IMG/VR virus record: IMGVR_UViG_3300025848_000036
DNA from: an uncultured virus (IMG/VR IMGVR_UViG_3300025848_000036)
Taxonomy: Duplodnaviria; Heunggongvirae; Uroviricota; Caudoviricetes
Length of the DNA stretch: 64,000 nt
Reading direction: 5' to 3' (one strand)
Part shown: positions 10,601-20,342 of the stretch, one piece after another
Position numbering within the stretch: the stretch's first letter is position 1
How the letters are laid out: each line of letters begins with the position of its first letter
The notes under the pieces: model-generated
What the model was told of the DNA's origin: nothing
Databases searched by the model: none
What the model saw: only the letters and a program-made list of their open reading frames with translations
Position numbers and translations under genes: made by a program

Positions 10601-10981
10601 ATTTTTGATGATGAGCAGACAACTATTGAAGCAGGCAAGACGTATATCTTACTTGCTAATGACAACAGGGTTGTTTCTGCAGTACCAATTGAAGAAATTA
10701 AAACATCTGACAATGCATTAATTAAGTTTTTAAATTATAGAATGTTGCCATATAAAGATGAAGAGATGTTCGTGGTATCATTTAAACCACGTGTTACAAA
10801 AACTGGCAAGAAGATGGCATCCCTCACAGTTGCGGATGCATCTAGAGACTTACATTCTGTTACTGTATTTCCTACCGCATTTGCTAAAGCATATATGAAA
10901 ATACAAGAAGGAAATGTTTATAAGTTTGATTTTGGCAAGACAAAAGATGGAACGGTTATATTGGAGGATATAAATGCTTGA
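7697..10981 (+). CDS. dnaE: DNA polymerase III alpha subunit
   Basis: PHP motifs HVHTHYS and TDHG; GPGRGSAAGS; FPDIDTD; HAAGVV; YSFNKSHA; C-terminal OB folds; no intein. Confidence 0.97.
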   Translation: MSYVGLHVHTHYSLFDGIATPEEYVNRAVELGMPALAITDHGTLSGHRELHRIAKAKGIKPILGVEGYMCSDRFDTRDKSERDGDLDLVYNHIVLLAKNKIGLENLNKINEIAWTEGYFKKPRFDFETLEKYSEGIIVTSACPSSVLVKALENSEFAITKKYIEWFKKVFKDDYYIEVMPHNESEINKQLIALADEYKIKVVVTPDCHHSTTDQKEIQEFKLLLNTHVKIDKEHTFEKSKKHTNMMKRLDYLYGADRDITFNKFDIHLLSYEEIKAAMEKQGIDRPDIYANTLEIANKVEDYDIQEGLNLLPVQYKNPDRELAELAFAGLEEKRLNSNWLGNDIYEQRLEEELSVIRDKKFAPYFLVVRNMINWAKKEGIMVGPGRGSAAGSLLCYTLGITDIDPIEHGLLFFRFINPERNDFPDIDTDIQDSRREEVKDYLVRQYRHVASIATFLSFKDKGVVRDVARVLNIPLPDVNKVLKLVDSWDDFCSSKTTEWFRDKYPEVEVYGEQLRGRIRGTGIHAAGVVTSKDPIFKYAPMETRNSPGSDDRIPVVAVDMEEAEKIGLIKIDALGLKTLSVLKDTLNIIEEREGKKIDLLSIDMDDKNVYQMLSDGYTKGVFQCEATPYTNLLIKMGVKNLAELAASNALVRPGAMNTIGKDYIERKHGRQNIDYKHQVLKEFTEDTYGCILYQEQVMQACVELGGMSMSEADKVRKIIGKKKDAKEFNAFQDRFVTGASKYISPNNALDLWHDFEAHAGYSFNKSHAVAYSTLSYWTAWLKYYYPLEFMYSILKNEKDKDARTEYLIEAKRMGISIKLPHINDSDIDFKIEGKGIRFGLSGIKYISDKIAERYISARPFNSYSELEEFTFTKGNGVNSRALQALRVVGAATFSDNPRNDEEIKENLYEYLNLPEFNLTVPSHYHAFITPVEDYEEKGSFIMMGMIKGIKRAKGWSRVELLDKTGSTGIFDDEQTTIEAGKTYILLANDNRVVSAVPIEEIKTSDNALIKFLNYRMLPYKDEEMFVVSFKPRVTKTGKKMASLTVADASRDLHSVTVFPTAFAKAYMKIQEGNVYKFDFGKTKDGTVILEDINA

Positions 10982-11291
10982 TGATTTAGCAGAACAATTA
11001 CACGAAACGGCAGTAGCAAAAGGTTTTTGGCCTAATGAAACTGATGATATTTTTATTGCAAAACAATGTATGATGATTGTATCAGAGGTCACAGAACTTA
11101 TGGAAGCAATTCGTAAGGACAAGGGAGAAGAAGAGATTGCAATGGAAACTGCAGATATCTTTATTCGTACACTAGATCTATATGCTGGTCTTGTACAGGC
11201 AGGGTATACCACAGTCTCCCTTGACTATGCTTTACAGGAAAAGGCTAACATTAATAAAGATCGTCCACAGAAGCATGGGGTAAGATTCTAA
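10974..11291 (+). CDS. mazG: MazG-like nucleotide pyrophosphohydrolase
   Basis: SEVTELMEAIRK...EEIAMETADIFIR (ExxE...ExxD). Confidence 0.8.
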   Translation: MLDDLAEQLHETAVAKGFWPNETDDIFIAKQCMMIVSEVTELMEAIRKDKGEEEIAMETADIFIRTLDLYAGLVQAGYTTVSLDYALQEKANINKDRPQKHGVRF

Positions 11292-12301
11292 TGTCAGTAA
11301 CAGTAGAAGAAGTACTAGCAAACTTAAATCCTAAGTTACGTAAAAATATTCTTGTAGGCGATGCTGTGCCTAAGACAGAGTTTGCTGCCACACCAAGTTT
11401 TGGACTAAATCGTGCTTTGGGTGGTGGCTTACCGTATGGAAGGCAGGTACTTATCTGGGGATCTAAATCATCTGCCAAGTCCTCACTCTGTCTACAAATG
11501 ATTGCACAGGCCCAACAGGAGGATAAGATTTGTGCATGGATCGATGCAGAGATGTCTTATGATAAGACTTGGGCTGAAAGATTAGGCGTAGATACTACTA
11601 AACTGATTTATTCTCAAGCAAGAACAATTAATGAGATGGTAGATGTGGGTGTACAATTGATGGAGGCTGGGGTTGATATGATTGTCGTTGACTCAATTAC
11701 ATCTCTACTTCCAGCAATCTATTTTGAAAAGGATTCTGATGAACTCAAGCAACTGGAGAATACCAAGCAAATTGGAGCGGAATCTAGAGACTTTAGCAAT
11801 GCATGGAAAATGCTTAACTATGCTAACAATAAAGTTAAGCCTACTTTGCTTGTCCTTATTAGCCAGTCTCGCAATAATATTAATGCTATGTATACTAGCC
11901 AGCAGCCTACTGGTGGTCAGGCTACTAAGTTTTATTCTTCTACGGTTATTAAATTATTTTCGTCAGAATCAGAAAACCAAGCATTGAAGGGAAAAATACA
12001 TGTTGGTGACAAACTTATTGAAGAAAAGATTGGTCGCAAAGTTAGATGGGAATTACAGTTTTCGAAAACTTCTCCTGCTTTTCAGTCTGGTGAATATGAT
12101 TTCTATTTTAGAGGTGATTCTATTGGGATTGACACTATCGGCGATCTTTGTGATACTGCTGAATCACTTGGCATAATCAATAGAACTGGAGCATGGTACC
12201 AGTTTGATGATGGAACAAAAGTTCAGGGTAGAGAAGGATTTATTAATCGTGTCAAAGAAGATTTAGATCTTCAGGAACAGATTAAAGGAAAGATCTCATA
12301 A
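11291..12301 (+). CDS. recA: RecA/UvsX-like recombinase
   Basis: LGGGLPYGR, WIDAE, IVVDS, LISQSR, TGGQATKFYSS, GAWY; Walker A reads GSKSSAKS. Confidence 0.93.
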   Translation: MSVTVEEVLANLNPKLRKNILVGDAVPKTEFAATPSFGLNRALGGGLPYGRQVLIWGSKSSAKSSLCLQMIAQAQQEDKICAWIDAEMSYDKTWAERLGVDTTKLIYSQARTINEMVDVGVQLMEAGVDMIVVDSITSLLPAIYFEKDSDELKQLENTKQIGAESRDFSNAWKMLNYANNKVKPTLLVLISQSRNNINAMYTSQQPTGGQATKFYSSTVIKLFSSESENQALKGKIHVGDKLIEEKIGRKVRWELQFSKTSPAFQSGEYDFYFRGDSIGIDTIGDLCDTAESLGIINRTGAWYQFDDGTKVQGREGFINRVKEDLDLQEQIKGKIS

Positions 12302-12837
12302 TGAAACCATATATTGTAAGAAATGTTTTATCAGAAGAACAAGTTGCTCTATTAAAATCATTTATTGAAAGAGAGCAGAATTCTCGTGAGACAGTATACC
12401 TAGATGATCCAGGATACCTAGAAGGACAAAATACTAAAACTGTAGTGCATAAATTTATGGGTCGTTTAGATGTTGAGCAATTAAATATACCAAAATCTAT
12501 TATGCCTTCTATTCAAAAAATAGCAGATGACTTAGATGGCACTAATCATCATTCCATAAAGGCTCATGGAATTATGGCGGTAGAGTATTCTGGAAAATAT
12601 GGTAGGCCAGTTTTAAGATCACACAAGGATGGCGGAGATTCATCCTTGATGATTAATTATCAACTAGAATCAAATACCAGTTGGGATTTATGTATAGATG
12701 ATGAAATTTATACTTTAGGAGATAATGATGCGCTAGTAATGGATCCAGTAAGACAGTTGCACTCTAGGGTAGACAAAACTTTTGCAGAGGGTGAATTTCT
12801 TAAGATGGTATTTTTTAGATTTGGTTCAGGTGCTTAG
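12301..12837 (+). CDS. 2OG-Fe(II) oxygenase-like protein (subfamily B)
   Basis: HKD...INYQLESN..W...HSR facial-triad pattern. Confidence 0.6.
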   Translation: MKPYIVRNVLSEEQVALLKSFIEREQNSRETVYLDDPGYLEGQNTKTVVHKFMGRLDVEQLNIPKSIMPSIQKIADDLDGTNHHSIKAHGIMAVEYSGKYGRPVLRSHKDGGDSSLMINYQLESNTSWDLCIDDEIYTLGDNDALVMDPVRQLHSRVDKTFAEGEFLKMVFFRFGSGA

Positions 12838-13019
12838 TGGCATCCTATACAGTTTATTCTGGCAAGTTTGTATGCCACACATGCAAGATGGAAGTACCAA
12901 CATTAAGACTCTATGCTGATACAAAAGAGGCAACTTGGATGTGCAAAGAAAAGCATTTGAGCAAAGTTTCTTTTGCAAAAAGAAAGAAAAAGGATTATGA
13001 GCGAACAGACGGAGAGTAA
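12837..13019 (+). CDS. Small Zn-finger protein
   Basis: CHTC...CKEKH. Confidence 0.55.
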   Translation: MASYTVYSGKFVCHTCKMEVPTLRLYADTKEATWMCKEKHLSKVSFAKRKKKDYERTDGE

Positions 13020-13281
13020 AAGAATTGGTGCCAAGCCACATAAAAACTCTGGCAGAAATACTAAAAAAGGTGATGCCACATGGCATAACTTTACTGTAGA
13101 TTTTAAAGAATACCCAAAAGGATTTACAGTAAATAAAGATAATTGGGCCAAGGCCGTTACTGATGCGATTCGGAATGGTAATGATCCAGCAATTTTTGTG
13201 GTGCTGGGCGAGGGTAATGCAAAGGTAAGACTAGCAATTATAGAATTAGAGATGTTAGAACAACTGATTGATGCTGTATAA
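12997..13281 (+). CDS. Hjc-like PD-(D/E)XK Holliday junction resolvase
   Basis: E...NSG...KGD...VDFK pattern; start moved to ATG12997 (AAGGA upstream). Confidence 0.65.
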   Translation: MSEQTESKRIGAKPHKNSGRNTKKGDATWHNFTVDFKEYPKGFTVNKDNWAKAVTDAIRNGNDPAIFVVLGEGNAKVRLAIIELEMLEQLIDAV

Positions 13282-13304
13282 TAGAGTAGTAACTAGGAGA
13301 AAAA

Positions 13305-13913
13305 ATGAGATACGATATACCAAATGTAGTAGTAGATAATGTTTTTACAGAAGAAGAGATTGGTCAGATAAAGGAGTCCGTTGTTGCAAGCACTGGCTCC
13401 GCATTTGTGGCTCCACACTGTCAATTAAATAATTTTATACAACTCCCACAGAATATTGTAGATAAATTAACACATTATGCAATAGTTATCAGTGGCAATG
13501 AAAATATTGTTTTGACTGAATACTGTCATGCAATATACAAGAATACTGAAAAGGATGGGGTAAAGTTCCGTCCATCATTATTCCCACATTATGATGAAAC
13601 TTTCAAAGAATCCAAATTCACGTTTGACTATCAACTAGATGGAAACGTTGACTGGAACATTGTCGTTGAGCATAGAGCACTACCTCTATTAAATAATCAG
13701 GCAGCAACATTTTCTGGTACACATCAAATTCATTGGAGAGAACCAAAAGAATTCTCCGATGACCAATATGTAGAAATGATATTCTGTCATTTCACAGATC
13801 CAACATTGCCACCAAAAGATGAGGCTACAAAGAAGTTTGTAGATGCAAAAGCAAAATTGTACAAGGATTGGTATTTTGCAAACGGAGGGTTCTCGAATGA
13901 GAAAACTGCATGA
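13305..13913 (+). CDS. 2OG-Fe(II) oxygenase-like protein (subfamily B)
   Basis: PSLFPHYD, FDYQLDGN, HWR; has its own TATAAT and SD. Confidence 0.65.
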   Translation: MRYDIPNVVVDNVFTEEEIGQIKESVVASTGSAFVAPHCQLNNFIQLPQNIVDKLTHYAIVISGNENIVLTEYCHAIYKNTEKDGVKFRPSLFPHYDETFKESKFTFDYQLDGNVDWNIVVEHRALPLLNNQAATFSGTHQIHWREPKEFSDDQYVEMIFCHFTDPTLPPKDEATKKFVDAKAKLYKDWYFANGGFSNEKTA

Positions 13914-14682
13914 TTACCTTACTGGATTTGACAAATACAATAGGCCCTTGCCATTCTATGTAGATAATCTTTTTTCTGTTGAGCAGGTAAATAGTTTAAG
14001 AAATCTAATTGAAGAAAATCGAAAGATTGAGCCATTTGTTATTGGGGATAGAATTGAAGATGGCTACATTCGAACATCTGATTTCAGAAGTCGGTATCAG
14101 CCAAAGATTGCAAGAAACATGTCTAGAATGCTAATTGAATTTGATATGCCTAAAGACTGTGAAGATACCTTGGACAGTATTGCAAAGCCTCTTTATAACG
14201 GAGACGTTGCATTATGCCACTACAACTATATTGATTATAATCGCAAGTGGGGTTACGGAGATAATAATCCATCCCTACCACCACATCTAGATGCAGATGA
14301 AAATTTAATTACAGTGAATTATTGCCTAGATTCAAATATTGAATGGGATCTTTATGTTGGCAATTGGAATGATACGAGCAACTTTACCAAGTATACGTTG
14401 ACTCCTGGACAAACGATTGTCTTCAGTGCAGTTAATCAAATACATTGGAGACCAAAACGTAAATTTAAAAATGATGAATTTTGTGAAATTATTAGTATGG
14501 ATTATTGCCCTACAGATAATTATAGATTTACTGGTGAAGATAATCCTATTGATCCAGAGAAATCACCACAAGAACGCAAAAAGTATTTAGATGAACTACA
14601 ATCACGGCCAGATATGATGGCAGCATTTAAGTTATGGAATGACGAAGGCATGTTAGATGGAATAGATATGAGGTCAATGTAA
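13897..14682 (+). CDS. 2OG-Fe(II) oxygenase-like protein (subfamily B)
   Basis: PSLPPHLD, VNYCLDSN, HWR; start ATG13897 after GGAGG. Confidence 0.65.
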   Translation: MRKLHDYLTGFDKYNRPLPFYVDNLFSVEQVNSLRNLIEENRKIEPFVIGDRIEDGYIRTSDFRSRYQPKIARNMSRMLIEFDMPKDCEDTLDSIAKPLYNGDVALCHYNYIDYNRKWGYGDNNPSLPPHLDADENLITVNYCLDSNIEWDLYVGNWNDTSNFTKYTLTPGQTIVFSAVNQIHWRPKRKFKNDEFCEIISMDYCPTDNYRFTGEDNPIDPEKSPQERKKYLDELQSRPDMMAAFKLWNDEGMLDGIDMRSM

Positions 14683-14996
14683 TGACAATTGAAGCACCAA
14701 GTAAGACCACCCTTGAGATGGTGAATGGACTTGCAGAAGTTGCAGAGTTTATGGAAGACGAAGAATTAACTACAGCCCTAACCTTTATTGCTAAGTTAAT
14801 TATTAAACCAGATATCCCAATCAATACTGCTACAATTGAGATAGTAAGGTTACAGGCTATCGCAGCAAAAATGGCTTTTAAAGCAACATGGATGACTAAT
14901 GTAGATAAAGGAGATAGAGCAAAAAAGAATATTTATTATACAGCAGCCGAATCAATTAATGATTTGGTTTCTGCTCTTAAATATATTACTCGATAA
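14682..14996 (+). CDS. Conserved helical phage protein
   Basis: Coupled ORF in the recombination module. Confidence 0.55.
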   Translation: MTIEAPSKTTLEMVNGLAEVAEFMEDEELTTALTFIAKLIIKPDIPINTATIEIVRLQAIAAKMAFKATWMTNVDKGDRAKKNIYYTAAESINDLVSALKYITR

Positions 14997-15001
14997 TAAA
15001 A

Positions 15002-15853
15002 ATGACAAAAAATCTATTAAAACAAGTAATGATTAAATCAGAACCTAAGAAAACAAGTTCCGATACAGACTTTACAGAAGGGCTAGTTGATGCAATCAAT
15101 TCTGGCTATACTGCAAAAATTAAGCCACGTTTTCAAAAGAAGACAACCTTTGCTCCGTCAACACTAACTTATGGTGCTGGCGAATGTGCAAGGTATTGGT
15201 ATTTAGCATTTGAGGGAGCAATCTTTCATGATAATGCAGATGCATATGGTGTAGCCAATAGAACAAGCGGAACACTCAGTCATGACAGAATTCAAGATGC
15301 TATTATGGATGCTGGTCTTTTAGATGAAACGATGGAGTTTGATCCAGAGCCAAGCAAATACAAGACACAGAAGCACCCTGCTCTTGAGTTTAGAATTAAA
15401 TATCAAGATCCACCTATTTCTGGTTACGGGGATGCGATGTTGAACTATAATGGCAATACTATTCTTGGTGAAATTAAAACAATGCCAAACGAAGGCTTTG
15501 AATACAAGAAAGCAAGTAGAAAACCAAAAGATGGACACCTAATGCAACTTATTATGTATATGAAGATACTTAAAAAGGATTTGGGTGCTTTGATTTACGA
15601 GAATAAAAATAATCATGAACTAATGGTTATTCCTGTTCAAGTAAGTGATCATTACCGCAGGTGGGTAGACCAAGCGTTTGATTGGATGAGAACGGTTCGG
15701 AAGTCTTGGGAGAACAAAGAACTTCCACAAAAAACATATCGTGCAAACTCAAAAATTTGCAAGGTATGTCCGATTCAGAAGGCATGCGCTGAGGCCGAAA
15801 CAGGGGTAGTTAAAATTAAACCTCTGGAGTTGTTAGGGAATGAAGCATTGTAA
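15002..15853 (+). CDS. Cas4/RecB-like exonuclease
   Basis: GECARY plus CKVCPIQKAC form the Fe-S staple; GYGD...GEIKT...QLIMY. Confidence 0.85.
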   Translation: MTKNLLKQVMIKSEPKKTSSDTDFTEGLVDAINSGYTAKIKPRFQKKTTFAPSTLTYGAGECARYWYLAFEGAIFHDNADAYGVANRTSGTLSHDRIQDAIMDAGLLDETMEFDPEPSKYKTQKHPALEFRIKYQDPPISGYGDAMLNYNGNTILGEIKTMPNEGFEYKKASRKPKDGHLMQLIMYMKILKKDLGALIYENKNNHELMVIPVQVSDHYRRWVDQAFDWMRTVRKSWENKELPQKTYRANSKICKVCPIQKACAEAETGVVKIKPLELLGNEAL

Positions 15854-16115
15854 CTGGTGTGATACTGAATTCTTTACAGCAATAACCTATCAGGTATATT
15901 GCTCAGATGAGTGTAGGGCTGCTGCTACAAAACAAAAAATAGCGCAGCGTTACCTCATTACAAGAAGACAAAAAAGAAAAGGCAAGGATCGTAAATGCAA
16001 GTCATGTGGGTCACCGCTATCTATATATAATGATGACCCACTATGCATTAAGTGTAGCGTTAATCCAAATGAAGTACTAAAGGCTTTAAAACAGATTAAG
16101 GGAAATAGCAAATGA
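15840..16115 (+). CDS. Cys-rich Zn-finger protein
   Basis: CNWC, CSDEC, CKSC, CIKC. Confidence 0.6.
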   Translation: MKHCNWCDTEFFTAITYQVYCSDECRAAATKQKIAQRYLITRRQKRKGKDRKCKSCGSPLSIYNDDPLCIKCSVNPNEVLKALKQIKGNSK

Positions 16116-16678
16116 AACAAAGGCCATCCAAATTTGTATCTATTGATGCAAGTACTAATAGTCTTGCTTTTTGTCTTTTTGTTTTTGGCAAAATAGAATT
16201 AGTTGGAAAAATAAATTTTGATGGCAAAGATATCTATCAAAAATGTATTGATGCATCACAAAAGGTTCAGGCCTTTTTTAAAAATCCATTATTTGATAAT
16301 ACTGAGCATTTGATTATTGAGCATACGGTTTTTATGAATAGCCCTAAAACCGCTGCTGATCTTGCTTTGGTTCAAGGTGCAATTATTGGTTCTGCTGGAG
16401 TTGTTGGAATCAAGGGTATCGGTAAGGTATCCCCAATCACATGGCAAAACTACTTAGGAAATAAAAGATTAACCAAAGAGGAACAGTTGGTACTAAGACA
16501 ACAGAACCCTGGAAAATCAGATTCTTGGTATAAAAGTTTTGAAAGAGATTATAGAAAAAAAAGAACTATTAAATTGATAGATGTTATTTATGATAAAACC
16601 ATAGATGATTATGATGTAGCGGATGCGTGTGGCATAGGTCATTGGGCATTGAACAATTGGGAAAAGGCTCTTGCATGA
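16112..16678 (+). CDS. RuvC-like resolvase
   Basis: SIDAST, LIIE, DVADACGI catalytic pattern. Confidence 0.8.
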   Translation: MKQRPSKFVSIDASTNSLAFCLFVFGKIELVGKINFDGKDIYQKCIDASQKVQAFFKNPLFDNTEHLIIEHTVFMNSPKTAADLALVQGAIIGSAGVVGIKGIGKVSPITWQNYLGNKRLTKEEQLVLRQQNPGKSDSWYKSFERDYRKKRTIKLIDVIYDKTIDDYDVADACGIGHWALNNWEKALA

Positions 16679-16866
16679 CTAATAGACAACCATTTAGTTT
16701 TCCAGAAGAAGACGAGCCAGTATTCTTAGTTGTAAAAACAAAAGCACCCACAAAATGGATTTTAATTGACAGGGAAACTGGCCAGGTATACGAGGGAAAC
16801 AAAAATGGATATTGGGATAAATTAAAACAGATGGAACGAGTTGACAAAAAAGAAGATGAGTGCTAG
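16675..16866 (+). CDS. Hypothetical protein
   Basis: ATGA overlap with the upstream gene. Confidence 0.55.
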   Translation: MTNRQPFSFPEEDEPVFLVVKTKAPTKWILIDRETGQVYEGNKNGYWDKLKQMERVDKKEDEC

Positions 16867-17011
16867 ACTATATACAAACGAAGCATGGCTTAAAAAACGT
16901 TTTATTGTGGATAAAAAAACTCCACAAGAAATTGCCAAAGAGTGTGGAGCAAGTGTAGAAACTATCTACGCATATTTGGCTAAATTCAAATTAAGAAAGA
17001 GCAGACGATGA
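16856..17011 (+). CDS. Small HTH protein (not in ORF track)
   Basis: Hand-translated as MSARLYTNEAWLKKRFIVDKKTPQEIAKECGASVETIYAYLAKFKLRKSRR; HTH pattern; overlaps both neighbours. Confidence 0.7.
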   Translation: MSARLYTNEAWLKKRFIVDKKTPQEIAKECGASVETIYAYLAKFKLRKSRR

Positions 17012-17241
17012 CAGATAAATTTAACATTACGGTAGATCAGGTTAACCACCCATTACATTATACTAGCGATCCATCTGGAGTTGAGTGTATTCAAATTACT
17101 AGACATCGCAATTTTAATATTGGTAATGCTTTTAAATATCTTTGGAGAGCAGGACTCAAAGATGATAAGAAACAAATTGAAGATTTACAGAAAGCAATCT
17201 TCTATATTAAGGATGAGATAGAAAGATTACAGAATGTCTGA
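17008..17241 (+). CDS. DUF3310 family protein
   Basis: VNHPLHY...ECI...GNAFKYLWRAGLK...EDLQKAIFY. Confidence 0.85.
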   Translation: MTDKFNITVDQVNHPLHYTSDPSGVECIQITRHRNFNIGNAFKYLWRAGLKDDKKQIEDLQKAIFYIKDEIERLQNV

Positions 17242-18013
17242 TATCTTTGATATTGATAGCGGTTCTGTCTACAGAGAAATAGCCTTCCCCTTTAAGAAAG
17301 ACTTTCCCAAAATACAGGCACACCCATATCTACATGATCCCAAAATTAGATTAAATAAACATAAATATAGGTCAGATGATTTTACTACAGAGCATGCTGG
17401 ACTTCATATTTTGTTTGCTGGATGCTCTAATACTTTTGGGGATGGTTTAGAAGAGCATGAGATTTGGGCAAAAAGACTTTATGACAAAATTCATCACAAA
17501 GAAAATACTTCTGGATTTTTTAATATAGGTGCACCTGGATTAGGCATTCTTGCTATTGTTTTTAATATTTATAAATATATTGAATCATTTGGCAAACCAA
17601 ATGTAATCTTTATTAATTTCCCAGTATCAAGAAGATTCCTTTCATTTGATACAACAATACAAAAACATATTTATGTTAATATTCATGAGCCAGAAGAAAT
17701 CTCAGAAGAACTCTGGCATACGATTCCATTAATAGAATATCAATATATTTTTATGCTAGAAAGATATTGTAAGTCAAATAATATTAATTTAATTTATGGC
17801 ACATGGGCACCTCGTTCTAATTTTAATCATTATCAAGATTTAAACTGTTATGTCAATATTCTAGACGATGACATGGTTGCCAAATATGTAATAGAAAATC
17901 CAGATGATGAATATGCAATGAATGCTAGAGATGGCCATCATTATGGAAATGGATACCACACGGTATGGGCCGAAATAATGTATAATAGATATATGGAAAA
18001 GAGTTCAAAGTGA
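17234..18013 (+). CDS. SGNH/GDSL-like hypothetical protein
   Basis: FAGCSNTFGDG...RDGHH; paralog of 40557..41474. Confidence 0.55.
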   Translation: MSDIFDIDSGSVYREIAFPFKKDFPKIQAHPYLHDPKIRLNKHKYRSDDFTTEHAGLHILFAGCSNTFGDGLEEHEIWAKRLYDKIHHKENTSGFFNIGAPGLGILAIVFNIYKYIESFGKPNVIFINFPVSRRFLSFDTTIQKHIYVNIHEPEEISEELWHTIPLIEYQYIFMLERYCKSNNINLIYGTWAPRSNFNHYQDLNCYVNILDDDMVAKYVIENPDDEYAMNARDGHHYGNGYHTVWAEIMYNRYMEKSSK

Positions 18014-18546
18014 CAGCAGAAGAAGATCTGGTCAAGCATTTAGATCAAGTCAATGATGTAGTTTCTGAGTACCTAAAGGGAAATGATCCAACACAAATTT
18101 CTAAAGACTTGGCTATTCCACGCACACGGGTAGTTGCGTACATTGATGAATGGAAGCAAATGGCTTCTGATAATGCTGTCATCAGAGCAAGAGCAAAAGA
18201 AGCATTGGTAGGTGCTGATGCACATTATAGTAAATTGATAACAAAATCATATGAAGTTATTGATGAAGCGTCTATGACTAATAATCTTGGAGCAAAAACC
18301 GCAGCCATTAAACTTGTTATGGATATCGAATCTAAGCGTATTGATATGCTACAAAAAGCAGGACTACTTGAAAATAAGGAACTTGCAGAAGAAATGGTTG
18401 AGATTGAAAGACGACAGGAAATCCTTGTTGGAATTCTAAAAGATATTGCATCTGAGTATCCAGAGGTTCGTGATGATATTATGCGTAGGTTATCTGCTAT
18501 TGCAAAAGAAAATGAAGTGATTACGGTGGTTAATGGAGTTCAATGA
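18010..18546 (+). CDS. Putative terminase small subunit
   Basis: N-terminal HTH and coiled coil; overlaps terL. Confidence 0.55.
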   Translation: MTAEEDLVKHLDQVNDVVSEYLKGNDPTQISKDLAIPRTRVVAYIDEWKQMASDNAVIRARAKEALVGADAHYSKLITKSYEVIDEASMTNNLGAKTAAIKLVMDIESKRIDMLQKAGLLENKELAEEMVEIERRQEILVGILKDIASEYPEVRDDIMRRLSAIAKENEVITVVNGVQ

Positions 18547-20320
18547 TTTTTTATTGGCACTTCAAGACGATCATTTTGAAGAAGTACCAGTAGATGTAAA
18601 AACATTTGTAGAGTCACCAGACTATCTTGCACAACCTGGATTATCAGATATTCAGTATGATATCGTGCAAGCAATGAGCCAGGTTTATAAAAAAGAAGAT
18701 TTGATGTCCTTGCTTGGTGAAGAAGAAGGTGCACGTTATTATGATAAGTATACAAAAAATGAAATTATTCTACAACTAGGAAAAGGCTCTGGTAAGGATT
18801 TTACTTCTACAGTTGGTTGTGCTTATACTGTTTATAAGTTGCTCTGCCTTAAAGATCCAGCACGGTACTATGGAAAACCTTCTGGAGATGCCATCGATAT
18901 TATTAACGTTGCTATTAACGCTCAACAGGCTAAGAACGTTTTCTTTAAAGGCTTTAAAACAAAGATTGAAAAATCTCCATGGTTTGCTGGTAAGTTTAAT
19001 GCAAAGGCAGACTCTATTGAATTTGACAAATCTATTACAGTTTACTCAGGTCACTCAGAACGTGAATCACATGAGGGTTTGAACCTTATTATGGCAGTGC
19101 TTGATGAGATTTCTGGTTTTGCTCAGGAGATTGGAACGGGTAACGATCAAGGTAAGACTGCAGATAATATCTATAAAGCATTCCGTGCTTCTGTGGATTC
19201 TCGTTTTCCAGATTTGGGAAAGGTAGCCCTATTGTCATTTCCAAGATATCAGGGAGACTTTATTTCTGAAAGATATGATGCTGTAATTGCTGATAAAGAA
19301 ACGATAACTAAGACACATAGATTTATTATTAATCCACTTTTGCCAGAAGATGATCCAGAGAATTGGTTTGAAATTTCATGGGATGAAGATCACATCAAAT
19401 CATACAGATATCCTGGTGTGTTTGCTCTTAAGAGACCAACATGGGAAGTCAACCCCACAAGAAAAGTTGATGATTTTAAAATCGCATTCTTAACTGACAT
19501 GGGTGATGCAATGCAACGTTTTGCTTGCGTACCAACTTTTGCTTCTGACGCATTCTTCAAACAGGCAGACAAAGTTAGAGCATGTATGACAGCACGAAAT
19601 CCATTAGATCAATTTAGAAGATTTGAAGAAACATTTGTTCCAGATCCAAATAAAATTTATTATGTACATGCTGACCTTGCACAAAAGCATGACAAGTGTG
19701 CGGTTGCTATTGCACACGTGGAAAAGTGGGTAAATGTGCAGGTATTAAAAGATTACCAGCAGGTATCTCCAATAGTAATTGTAGATGCCGTAGCATGGTG
19801 GGAACCAAAGGTAGAAGGTCCAGTGAATCTTTCAGAGGTAAAACAATGGATACAAAACCTTCGAAGACTTGGTTTTAATATTGGATTGGTATCGTTTGAC
19901 CGTTGGCAATCGTTCGATATTCAAAATGAACTCCAATCCGTAGGAATGAGAACTGATACTGTTTCTGTTGCTAAGAAACATTATGAGGATATGGCCATGC
20001 TAGTTTACGAAGAGCGACTAGTTATGCCAGCAATTGAACTATTGTTCAATGAGTTAACAGAACTCAAAATCATGAAAAATGATAAAGTTGATCACCCCCG
20101 TAAAAAATCTAAGGATTTGGCAGATGCTGTCTGTGGTGCTATTTTTGGAGCAATCTCCTATACCCCAAAATATCAAGATGTGGTTGTAGAGATTCACACC
20201 TTCAAAGATAGACCCAAAGTTGACAAGCAGCCAGATGGTGTGATACAATTTAAACCTACTCGTAAAGATTCAGACATCGATAATGATGATGATTTTATGG
20301 ATAGATTAAAAACAATATAA
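18533..20320 (+). CDS. terL: Terminase large subunit
   Basis: GKGSGKD Walker A, AVLDE Walker B, nuclease motifs HADLA, FDRW, DHP...KDLADA. Confidence 0.9.
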   Translation: MEFNDFLLALQDDHFEEVPVDVKTFVESPDYLAQPGLSDIQYDIVQAMSQVYKKEDLMSLLGEEEGARYYDKYTKNEIILQLGKGSGKDFTSTVGCAYTVYKLLCLKDPARYYGKPSGDAIDIINVAINAQQAKNVFFKGFKTKIEKSPWFAGKFNAKADSIEFDKSITVYSGHSERESHEGLNLIMAVLDEISGFAQEIGTGNDQGKTADNIYKAFRASVDSRFPDLGKVALLSFPRYQGDFISERYDAVIADKETITKTHRFIINPLLPEDDPENWFEISWDEDHIKSYRYPGVFALKRPTWEVNPTRKVDDFKIAFLTDMGDAMQRFACVPTFASDAFFKQADKVRACMTARNPLDQFRRFEETFVPDPNKIYYVHADLAQKHDKCAVAIAHVEKWVNVQVLKDYQQVSPIVIVDAVAWWEPKVEGPVNLSEVKQWIQNLRRLGFNIGLVSFDRWQSFDIQNELQSVGMRTDTVSVAKKHYEDMAMLVYEERLVMPAIELLFNELTELKIMKNDKVDHPRKKSKDLADAVCGAIFGAISYTPKYQDVVVEIHTFKDRPKVDKQPDGVIQFKPTRKDSDIDNDDDFMDRLKTI

Positions 20321-20342
20321 ATATAAATATAAGGAGAAATGA

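Noticed and set aside
15002..15853. Cas4-like nuclease as a sign of a CRISPR system
   Set aside because: I saw no repeat-spacer array or other cas genes; solo Cas4-like exonucleases are routine in phage recombination modules.
16112..16678. RuvC protein as a TnpB/Cas12-like effector
   Set aside because: At 188 aa with no Zn ribbon or recognition lobe, and embedded in a coupled operon, it fits an ordinary resolvase.
4589..20320. Inteins or introns in dnaB, dnaE, recA and terL
   Set aside because: Lengths and motif spacing are normal, with no splice-junction or homing-endonuclease insert seen.
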